Below are positions 1-9,885 of a stretch of 64,000 nt of DNA, piece by piece. The stretch is from contig CM059438.1 of the NCBI GenBank assembly GCA_030390025.1, positions 56,856,001-56,920,000 of the forward strand, written 5' to 3'. This DNA comes from Squalus acanthias. Lineage: Eukaryota. The notes under the pieces are model-generated. The model was not told the DNA's origin. It saw only the letters and a list, made by a program, of their open reading frames with translations, and searched no databases. The translations under genes and the position numbers were made by a program. Within the stretch, counting starts at the first letter, position 1, and every line of letters starts with the position of its first letter.

Positions 1-2039
1 GTAAAGGTCAAGGGTGGGACCAACAAGTCCAGGGAACCCTGGATGTCAAGGGATATACAAGAATGGATTAGGAAAAAAAGGGAGGCTTTTGGCAGATACA
101 AAGGACTGAAAACAGTGGAAGCCCTAGAGGAGTATAGAAAGTGCAGGGGGGTACTTAAAAAAGAAATTAGGAGAGCGAAGAGGGGGCATGAAAAAACACT
201 GGCGGGCAAAATAAAGGAAAATCCCAAGGTGTTTTATAAGTATATTAAGGGCAAGAGGATAACCAGGGAAAAAGAGTAAGACCCATTAGGGACCAAAGTG
301 GCAATTTGTGTGTAGAGCCGGAAGATGTAGGTGAGGTTTTAAATAAATATTTTGCATCTGTGTTCACTATGGAGAAGGATGATGTAGGCATAGAAATCAG
401 GCAGGGGGATTGTGATATACTTAAACAAATTAGCATTGAGAGGGAGGAGGTACTAGTGGTTTTAACGGGCTTAAAAGTGGATAAATCCCCAGGCCCAGAC
501 GAGATGTATCCCAGGCTGCTGTGCGAGGGAGGAGATTACAGGGGCTCTGACACAAATTTTCAGAACCTCTCTGGCCACAGGGGAGGTGCCAGAGGACTGG
601 AGGACAGCTAACGTAGTATCATTATTCAAGAAGGGTAGTAGGGATAAACCAGGGAATTACAGGCCAGTGAGCCTAACATCAGTGGTAGGGAAATTATTGG
701 AAAAAATTCTGAGGGACAGAATTAGTCTCCACTTGGAGAGGCAAGGACAGTCAGCATGGCTTTGTCAGGGGGCGATCATGTCTAACCAATTTGATTGAAT
801 TTTTTGAGGGGGTGACTAGGTGTGTGGATGAGGGTAGTGCAGTTGATGTAGTCTACATGGACTTCAGTAAGGCTTTTGACAAAGCCCCACATGGGAGACT
901 GGTCAAGAAGGTAAGAGCCCATGGGATCCAGGGCAATTTGGCACATTGGATCCAAAATTGGCTTAGTGGCAGGAGGCAGAGGGTGATGGTCGAAGGTTGT
1001 TTTTGTGACTGGAAGCCTGTGTCCAGTGCTGTACCGCAGGGATCGGTGCTGGGTCCCTTGCTGTTTGTAGTGTACATTAATGATTTAGGTATGAATGTAG
1101 GAAGTATGATCAGTAAGTTCGCAGATGACACGAAAATTGGTGGAGTGGTAAATAGCGAGGAGGGAAGCCTCAGGCTACAGGACGATATAGACGGGTTGGT
1201 CAGATGGGCAGAACAGTGGCAAATGGAATTTAACCCTGAAAAGTGTGAGGTGATGCATTTTGGGAGGACTAACAAGGCAAGGGAATACACAATGAATGGT
1301 AGGACCCTAGGAAGGACAGAGGATCAGAGGGACCTTGGTGTGCATGTACATAGATCCCTGAAGGCAGCAGGACAGGTAGATAAGGTGGTTAAAAAGGCAT
1401 ATGGGATACTTGCCTTCATTAGCTGAGGCATAGAATATAAGAGCAGGGAGGTTATGATGGAGCTGTACAAAACGCTAGTTAGGCCACAGCTGGAATACTG
1501 TGTGCAGTTCTGGTCGCCACACTATAGGAAGGAAGTGATTGCATTGGAGAGGGTGCAGAGGAGATTCACCAGGATGTTACCTGGACTGCAGCGCTTCAGC
1601 TATGAAGAGAGACTGGACAGGCTGGGGTTGTTTTCCTTAGAGCAGCGAAGGCTGAGGGGGGACCTGATTGAGGTGTACAAAATTATGAGGGGCATAGATA
1701 GGGTAGATAGAAAGGAACTTTTCCCCTTAGTAGAGGGGTCAATAACCAGGGGGCATAGTTTCAAGGTAAGGGGCAGGAGGTTTAATGGGGATTTGAGTAA
1801 AAAAAATTTCACCCAGAGGGTGGTTGGAATCTGGAACTCACTGCCTGAAAGGGTGGTAGAGGCAGGAACCCTCACAACATTCAAGAAGCATTTAGATGAG
1901 CACTTGAAACACCATAGCACACAAGGCTATGGACCAAGTGCTGGAAAATGGGATTAGAATAGATGGGGCTTGATGGCCGGCACAGACACGATGGGCCGAA
2001 GGGCCTCTTTCTGTGCTGTACAACTCTATGACTCTATGA
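1..2039 (+). mobile_element. CR1-clade LINE, 3' part of ORF2 (RT) with frameshifts/stops and 3' tail
   Basis: ORFs 43-1957 contain [36 protein letters not shown] and LVRPQLEYCVQFWSP. The element ends in a 3' hairpin and an (ACTCTATG)n tail at about 2023-2039, and starts before the window. Confidence 0.95.
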
Positions 2040-5000
2040 GAACTAGAGGCAGGACCTCGTCCCATTTCTTTGGGTACCCCCCTATCTCCTTCCTAAGCCT
2101 TTCCTTTAAGATCCGGTTCATCCTTTCCACTATTCCCGATGATTGGGGGTTGTGGGCCACATGCCATTTTCCCTGTATCCCTAAAAGTTTCAGGGTGGTC
2201 TGCATGACGTGTCCTGTGAAATGGCTCCCCTGATCTGATTCCACTACCTGGGGCAATCCCCATCGGGAGAACACATCTCTTACTAGGATCTTAGCCGTGT
2301 TTAACGCTGTGGCTGTTCGACAAGGGAAGGCCTCAACCCACTTAGAGAAAACGTCCACCAACACCAGACAATACTTGTTGCCTACTTTTGTGGTGGGCAG
2401 GGGCCCAATGAAGTCTATTTGTATAGAACGCCATGGTCCCTCTACCCTCCTAACGTGTCCCAACGGTGCCTTTCTACAGTGGGGGTCTGGATCATTCGCA
2501 GCGCACACCAGGCACTCACTGCAATATTCCTTCACCTCTTCCCTGAGATGAGGCCACCAACCCACCTCTTCCACTTTCTTCCAGGTAGTTTCCGGCCCTG
2601 GATGTCCAGCTCCTGGACCCCGTGAGCTAGCTGCATAAATTCCTCCCGGTACTGTGTGGGCACAATCCACCTTTCCCCTTTAAACAGCATCCCCTCTTTG
2701 ACCACTATACCTGCTGCTCCAAAAGGACCCTCAATTGGTTCCCCTTCTACCCTTTTTTAAATCACGGTTTTTAAAACCGTATCTTGTGCTTGAACCTGGG
2801 TCAGGTCTGGGGACAACTTCACCTCCTGTGGGCCCTCCATAGCCCTTATGGCCGCAATCTGTCCAGATCGGTACGGGTCCCAAAGTACTCCCTCCCTGGC
2901 CCCCTTTTTTGCCAACTTGTCGGCCTTCTGGTTACCTTTCCATTTAGGCTCAGTTTTAGAGTGCGCCTTTACTTTTTGAATATAATACTCCCCTTTATTG
3001 CCCGTAACGCCCAGGATTGTGTTCAGCAGTGGTGCGATTACTAACGGTTTCCCGTCGGTGGACTTCAATCCTCGTCTAGCCCATATTGCCAGATATTCAG
3101 TGCAAGAATTGCACGTGAACATCGAGTCTGAGCATATTGTGTAGGGGGTTGGGAATTCCTCGGGATGCGTGACCACATAAGGTACAGCCGCCAGCTCGGC
3201 CTGCTGTGCGCTCAGTGTGCTGAGGAGTTTGATGGCTTTCTCTATCCCAGCCCCTGGGTCATAAATTCCACACCCTGTCCTACGCTCTCCGTTTGTCACC
3301 GAGCTGGACCCATCCACATATATATCTCTCCCTGTCGGATGTTGCCCGGCCCGGAATCCCACGTCTACATCCCACACCCCTTCTACCGTGCACACGTGAT
3401 TCGTCCCTGGATAAATCATGTTCAAGGCCAGCTTAGGTTCCGCCAATCTTTCCACCCTCAGGTTCATCTGGGAGAGTAGCAATGTCCAGCGGGCAATACG
3501 ACTGCTACTCACTGTCCCATCTTTTATCCTCCCGTCCAATAGCATCTGTGTCCGGGTATGACTTGTCAGTAATGTTATTAAAGATGACCCCGTAAATAAT
3601 TGGCAACGTTTGGTGGCCCAATAGCTCCCCAAAAGGTGTCTTTCACAGTTTAAGTAACCCCACTCTACATCTGTCAGGACTCGGGAGGCATAAGCTACTG
3701 GCCTCAACTTGTCATGCCGTTCTTGGAGCAACACTGCACTCAAACTATCCCCTGTAGCTGCTACCTCCAGATAAAAATCTTCGTTCCCGTTTATTGCTCC
3801 TAGTGCAGGTGCAGTTTGTAAATTTTCCTTTAGGCGAGTAAATGCCTCCTTACAACTCTCATCCCATTCCCATCCTACTCCTTTCCTAAGGAGTCTAAGC
3901 AAAGGGGCTGCCGTGGCTACATAGCCTTCAATAAAATCCCTGCAATACCCTGTCATACCAAGAAAAGATCCCACCCCAGTTACACTCTTTGGGGCGGGTA
4001 GTTCCTGTACTGCCCTCCTCTCCGCCTCATCTATAGCCCTTTTCCTTGCCCTAATCGTTAATCCGAAGAATTTCACCTCCTCCTGTCCTATTTGGGCTTT
4101 GCCTTAAACCCTGCCTCCCCCAACAGCTTTAGTGGCTCGTCCAGTAGTGGCCCGTGGTCCTCTGCACTTTCTGAGAATAATAATAGGTCATCCACGTACT
4201 GGATCAACTGGCTAGGCTGACTGAAATTCTTTAAAGCATTAGCCATACACTGATGGAAAATCAAGGGACTGTTATGAAACCCTTGCGGGAGGCTCGTCCA
4301 TGTATACTGTTGCCCTTTGAATGTAAAGGCAAAATTATACTGATCCTCCCGTCTTACTGGGATAGACCAGAACCCGTTAGCTATGTCCAATACAGTGAAC
4401 GTTGTTGCCTCTGCAGGGATATTCCCTATTAGATCGGCTACTGCTGCTACCGTGGGCGCGCATGCTGGAATACCTTTATTAAGAACCCGGTAGTCTACCG
4501 TGGCTCTCCATGACTGATCGGGCTTCTTAACTGGTCATAGGGGTGAATTTACGTGGGACGCTATCAGTCTCAGTACCCCTTGTTCCACGAGGGAGCTCAG
4601 TGCAGTTTCCATGTCCTTCTCTGCCTCCCGGGGAAAACTATACTGTTTCTGAGGTCGCGACATTGGGGGTCCCCGTGTACTTCCACCTCTACCCCCGTTA
4701 CCCTACCACAGTCATGTCGGTGAGTGGCGAACACTGCGAGATTATTTTTCACATACCTCTGATACCTTTCCGGGGTGCTACGGACCAATTGTTCCAAGCT
4801 ATGGCTACCCTTCGGTTTCATAGTACAGGCGCTACCTTTCACTTTCTCCGCCTTGGGGATAACTAGAACTTCCTCAGGTTTATCTGAACCAACTGCCCCC
4901 CATAGACAGTGGTTTCTCATATACACGATCACGTAGTGGGCCAGCATAAAATAAGCTCCGAGGACCCCCGCGCCGGGCTGATCCCATTGCATCAGTATGC

Positions 5001-5271
5001 ATTCCCACTTAGTGACAAGGGGTCCTAACCCTATAGACAAAGGTTTCGATATCGCCCCAGCCTGCTCGTTCCCTGTGAAACCCACTAACTTAAACGTGAC
5101 CCTGCTCGACCATGGAGAAGTGGTCGGGTTTGGTGAGTGAACCACCATACTGGAAGCTCCGGTGTCCACTAGATACTTTCCCCAAACGGCCTCTACCCTG
5201 ATCTCTACACAAGGTCTGCCCCACTCATCGTAGGTGAGCGGGTACAGGTACTCGGGCTGGGTGCGTCCTAG
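2040..5271 (-). pseudogene. pol: pol (protease, reverse transcriptase, tether, RNase H, integrase), disrupted
   Basis: VDTGAS; NSPL*PVKKPDQSWRATVDYRVLNK (premature TGA about 4535); QYVDDLLL; RPVAYASR tether; YVDGSS..SAQQAELAA..ICSDS..KVKAH..GNQKADKLAK RNase H; CSECLVC, QIDFIGPLP, SDQGSHF, PQSSGIVERMN integrase. Several frameshifts. Confidence 0.92.
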
Positions 5272-6951
5272 TCATGGGAGAAGTGGGGGCGCGCTGGGCT
5301 TTTCACTGCATACGGTAGCGTCCAGCTTTCCCTGGTCTTTGCCCATAACCTGCCGTAACGCGGTCACTAGAAGTTCCACCGGGTCTTCTACCTCTCCTTC
5401 TCCGCCTCTACTACCCGCGGTTTTGACCCTGAGGAACCCCCGTATCCTGGTTTTTCCCTTTTTGGGAACTTGCACTCCCTGTTCCAGTGTCCCATTCTAC
5501 CACAGTTAAAGCACGCCTGGGATCTGTCCACCTTACCCCCCCTCCTGCTTCCATTCTTTTCTACCATCCATGCTTCCCTTCATCTCCTGTACTTTTCCCT
5601 TTTGTTTATTCTCCTCCCCTCGGTTGGATTTAAAAGCCAGTGTCAGTTTCCTTAACATGCCTGGCTCTATTATTAGCATCCTCGGAGTCGAACCATGATT
5701 CCGCTCTCGCCCTGATTCGTGGCAGGCTGTTAGCCACTAGGGTCCTCAACCAATTATTCCTGGGAGCCCCTAACAACTGTGCTTGGGCTAGATTTCTCCC
5801 CGTCGCTTTCAAATACACGGGCCACAACCTGTCTGCGAATGCATCCGGTGCCTTGCCAGCCAGCTGTCTGATCTGCTCGACCTGCAAGAACGGGCTGCCC
5901 TGGCTATGTCCCAGTGCCATTAAAATGTCATCCTTTACCCTGTCCAGGGTACCCCCTCCTAACTTAGTGGCTGCCAACAAACCCTGGTACAGCTTCCCAT
6001 CTGGAGAGAACAGTATCAGCGTTTTCCGTTCGTCGTCGTCACAATTATTGATCCCTCCTATCTGCTCTACATTGGCAAAATGAACAGAGGCATCCCCTCC
6101 GTGCTTCAGTTTCGGCACATTGGCCAGCATTTCCTGCAACTGAAGGGAGGTATAGGGAAGCACATAATCACTCTGCAATGGCCCCTGACCACCGCCTTGT
6201 GGGGGTGGACCAAACTTTTGCTGTCACAGGGGACACATCGGTCCCGGTGGTCCCTGTGCTTCAGGAGCCGGTCGAACCTCTCTATACTGGATCCCATCAT
6301 CGGGCTCCTTTTCCTCCTCATTCCAGTCTACCTCAACTTCCCCTGGTGCCATGAGACAAACCATACCCCTGACCCTGGATAATGCTAGGGTCAACTTACG
6401 GATTTTTTCATTGCAGGGCCTGTGATCGGCCTCTTCATGTACCCGGTTTTTGGCTACCCTGAATGCCACCTTTATATCTTTTAACTGCTCCTCAAGCCTT
6501 GTCAGCTCTCTCTGAGTTCCTATTACCTTCCTCACGCTGAGCCTGACACTGCCTTCTACTTTCGGTAACCTGACATTGCAGGTACTCTAACGTGTTTCTA
6601 GCTGTTTCTTCCTGCGCTTTTCTCTTCTGCCTTTCAAAGCTCAAATCTTGTCAGCCGGTTCACTACGGCCTCTCTCTCTCCTGCCCTACTTTCTGATTCC
6701 TGTTTCTCTTTTCCTAAACGCTCAACTTTCTCCGTGAGCATCTGAATTTGTTTCTGCACACATATTAGCCAAATCGGCTTTTCCTTCGGTTTCTTATGTA
6801 CGCTACTACATGTCCACGCTACCGCTTTCTCATACGGACTGTCAGAGTGTAACATTTCCTGCACCCAGTGCTCGGAAATGTTTACTTTCCCAAACACATA
6901 CGAGGATATCCTATCCTCCATCGCGGGTTTCTTGCAGTTAACCCTGTCCAT
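5272..6951 (-). pseudogene. gag: gag, disrupted (N-terminal coiled-coil-like region, capsid-like region, CCHC zinc knuckle, PSAP motif)
   Basis: ATG at 6951, about 20 nt after the PBS. ORF pieces 6634-6951, 6224-6535, 5630-6178 and 5272-5475. CFNCGRMGHWNREC read manually at 5513-5472; KPSAPPLLP precedes the TGA at 5274-5272. Confidence 0.8.
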
Positions 6952-6972
6952 AATTTTGTTCTAAACCTTTAC

Positions 6973-6991
6973 GTCCTGCCGCCGGTCGCCA
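6973..6991 (-). other. Primer binding site, complementary to the 3' end of tRNA-Arg(UCG)
   Basis: Minus strand TGGCGACCGGCGGCAGGAC, 5 nt after the LTR CA end. The plus strand reads GTCCTGCCGCCGGTCGCCA, versus the recalled vertebrate tRNA-Arg-TCG end GTCCTGCCGCGGTCGCCA (one extra C). Confidence 0.75.
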
Positions 6992-6996
6992 GATTC

Positions 6997-7906
6997 TGTA
7001 AGGGGTTTTCTCCGATACTGGTCCCCCGTTACACACAGTTCTTGGACGTCAGGATTTATAAGAACAAAATACACACGGCACAGGGTTTTGGCTCAACCTT
7101 TGATTTGTTTGTTTATTGAACACACACACACAATTACTTCCCCAGTAGGCTAACAACCCCAAAATACAAACCCCTACGCAAGGGTCATTTGCATCGACAC
7201 AATATGACACAGTTAAATCCGTCCGCGATTTGACTGTTACATATAAAGTTACCCAGACTCAATCACAAAACCCTTATTGTGATCTGACTGAAACTCTCAA
7301 ACTTACTCAGACTCAATCATAAAAGCCCCCTCTATGATTTGTCTGAAACATACAATCACCACTCCCAATCGGCTGTCTCTTGGAGTTGATTGTAGGCCCG
7401 AATCTTTCTGTTCGCTGTTCTGCCATCGGCTTCCCACACCACTGTCTTCGAAGTGCTCTTACTTTAAACCAAAACCAACTTGCAGTATTTCCTGGCCCCC
7501 TCCTGAGCATACGATTCATTTTAAAATGTGTGAATTGTCCATTGATTTGAGATATCTTTCTGACAATGCAACCTTCCCAAAATGACTGTATATGCGAAGT
7601 TGTTGGTTTCTGTTAGCATTCGTATTCAAAAGGTTCAAGGCCCGGCCCATTGTCTAGGCCTGCACTGAAACTTGTTATTCGGGGGCCATGGTAACCCCTT
7701 AAGGGACAATGTAAGGGGACAATGTAACCCCTTAAGGTACATGAATATGTGGATTTTCTTGTTCAGACTTTAGATTCGTAGTTTTGGCTGCAATGTTTGA
7801 ATTAACCCTTTATTGCCGAGCCCTTTTTGCGGGCTCTGCAGTTCTGGGTTTTTATATTTCATAGTCCAATATTTTTACCGTTGAGGGAGGAGGAATCGAT
7901 CCTACA
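6997..7906 (-). mobile_element. 5' LTR of the provirus (outer boundary tentative)
   Basis: Minus strand ends AAAACCCCTTACA next to the PBS. AATAAA at 7117-7112. Candidate start TGTAGGAT at 7906 gives TG...CA termini. Internal direct repeat CAGACTCAATCA at about 7254 and 7308. Confidence 0.65.
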
Positions 7907-8447
7907 GGTGTCCCTAATTTACAGGTTTCACTGTAGCTTTGAACCCTGCGTCATCAGAAGATTTTTATTTAAAGACCACGCTAAAAAACTGAACTGCTTA
8001 GAAAATATTTTTGAATGTCGATAAAATCAGACCCTGAATAGTAGCTATGTTTTGTACAATCAATAATGTTGGTCCCACCCACGTTGTATTGGAAATTGAA
8101 TGAGGTGAACGTACTGAGTAATTAATTTCTTGATGATGCCAAAGAATGATTTAGAAAAAAAACACAAGTTCTTGCCCTTTTCACAAAAGCAATAAATGGC
8201 GCTTCTGCCCAAATACTGAGCACCTGCTCACTGGAATATCCAACTACAGATGGTCAGATTCACTATCTTTGAGGTCAGGACTTGCCAATTGCTAACTAAT
8301 GCTCCGCTCGGTTCTCTCAAGAGCCTCACTGTGGCTCTTAATCAGTCAGTGTAAGGGCTGGTAAATTTCCTATGGCTGGTTGATGAATTTAAGTTACTTT
8401 ATATACAAGATAGCAATGGAGTTGAGAGGCTTCAGAAACTCACTCCA

Positions 8448-8478
8448 CGGTGCCACCTACTGGCCAGTGCCTGCAATT
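8448..8478 (-). promoter_or_regulatory. Candidate CTCF site (core plus upstream-like motif)
   Basis: Minus strand TTGCAGGCAC-TGGCCAGTAGGTGGCAC matches CCASYAGRKGGCRS, with a TGCAG element upstream. Confidence 0.45.
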
Positions 8479-8504
8479 ACACTGTTACAGACAACTGTTT
8501 ACAT

Positions 8505-8945
8505 AGAATTGCATAGAAATTACAACATGGAAACGGGCTATTTTACACATGAGCAGCAGTCCTACTCCTGTGTGCCTGCTCTGTTACCATATCCCGTTGC
8601 CTTCAACCACCTATCTAACCGATTAAATATATCGTCTGTGCTTCAATCACTAATTCTGGTAGTGCATTTCACTTCTATCAAATCGTCACTTAACCCCCTC
8701 TGTTCTAATAAAAACAAGCACAATTTTTCAAGTGTGTTTTTCCTCATACCAGGCAGATCCTAGTGAATCTGTGCTGTACCCTCTCTATTGCCTCAACATC
8801 CTTCCTATAGTGTTGAGCCCAGAACAGCACACAGTACTCCAACACTGGTTTTACTAAAGTTTTGTGTAGATTCATCATTACATTTTGACTTTTATATTCT
8901 ATACCTTTTGCGCATAAAACCCAGTATTTCTGTGCTGTAAATTCT
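8505..8945 (-). mobile_element. Old CR1 3' fragment
   Basis: ORF 8744-8956 LVKPVLEYCVLFWAQHYRKDVEAIERVQHRFTR. Confidence 0.75.
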
Positions 8946-9529
8946 ATGTAATACATAGGGCCTTGACTGCCATTTTAGGATTGAACTGGTCATAGCCTGC
9001 GCTGTGCACACGCTGATCATTCCACAGGTGAGAAAGCTGAAGGAGGCTCTGTAAAGGTAAATTTGACATTTATTTTTGTGCGACCTGTTGTAGCAAGGGT
9101 GCTCCTCCGGGCCCCACAACAATACTGAGGGCTGCTGCAGGCCCAGGCTCGCCTGCCGTTCCTCCCTCCGCCCCCCTTGCAGCTGTCAGCAGCACCCCGT
9201 CCGGCTGACATTCCTGTAGGCCAAAGCCAGGATGCCCATTGCCGTTTGATGCTCGCTGGCCTGATCCAAGTGACACCCGGGCTTCAAAATTGCGGGGGCC
9301 TCCTCGCCACGGGTACAGGCAACCAGCTGGCGCCCTCTGACAATCAGCTGCCCAAAGGTCAACATCAACCCCATCCACTTAAGGTGCTTTTAATGTCTCG
9401 TGAACCTGAAGCCCCAAATCCCTCTTCCCTTCCACATCACCCAGCTTTTCCACATTCAGAGTATCATTATTACTCTTTTTTGTACCAATATATACCTGCT
9501 CAATTTACTGGCACTGATTCCATTTTTTG

Positions 9530-9880
9530 CCCATTTCCCCATCTTAACCCTTTGTAGCTTCCTTTGCTGTTCAGACTTATCGACTATGCCTCCTATTTTA
9601 GTATCGTCTGCAAATTGGACACCGCTCCCTCTAACCCTATGTCCAAATCATTGACATACACAGTGAAGAGAAACTGTCCCAGAACAGCCCACTGCTACCC
9701 ACTTCCATCCACTCTGAGAAACTGCCCTTAACTCCTACTCTCTGGTTTCTCCCCTCTAGCCAGTTTTTAATCCAATTTTCTAATGTCGCCCTAATTCCAT
9801 ACCCCTTATTCTTCAATAGTCTGTGTGGTACCTTGTCAAAGGCTTTCTGAAAGTCCGTGTACACCACATTCACTTCATTT
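9530..9880 (-). mobile_element. Old CR1 RT fragment
   Basis: VVYTDFQKAFDKVPHRLL..WIKNWLEGRNQRV in ORF 9637-9966; FADDTKIG-coding sequence near 9600. Confidence 0.75.
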
Positions 9881-9885
9881 CCCCC

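Larger units (their letters stand above)
2040..7906 (-). mobile_element. Decayed endogenous retrovirus-like LTR element (5' LTR-PBS-gag-pro-RT-tether-RNase H-integrase), integrase cut by the CR1 insertion
   Basis: Ordered minus-strand ORF fragments: gag 6951-5272, protease DTGAS (5169), RT with LDIANGFW, LPQGFHNSP and YVDD (about 4560-4088), two RNase H-type domains (4076-2757), integrase H-H-C-C / D-D-E region (2670-2040). PBS and LTR lie upstream. Confidence 0.93.

Noticed and set aside
2040..6951. Endogenous foamy virus
   Set aside because: The RT is similar, but the gag has a CCHC knuckle, gag and pro appear joined in frame, and the PBS is not tRNA-Lys.
9090..9390. GC-rich patch as a second promoter
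   Set aside because: Short, flanked by LINE debris and with no associated exon; more likely a fragment of a non-autonomous DNA element.
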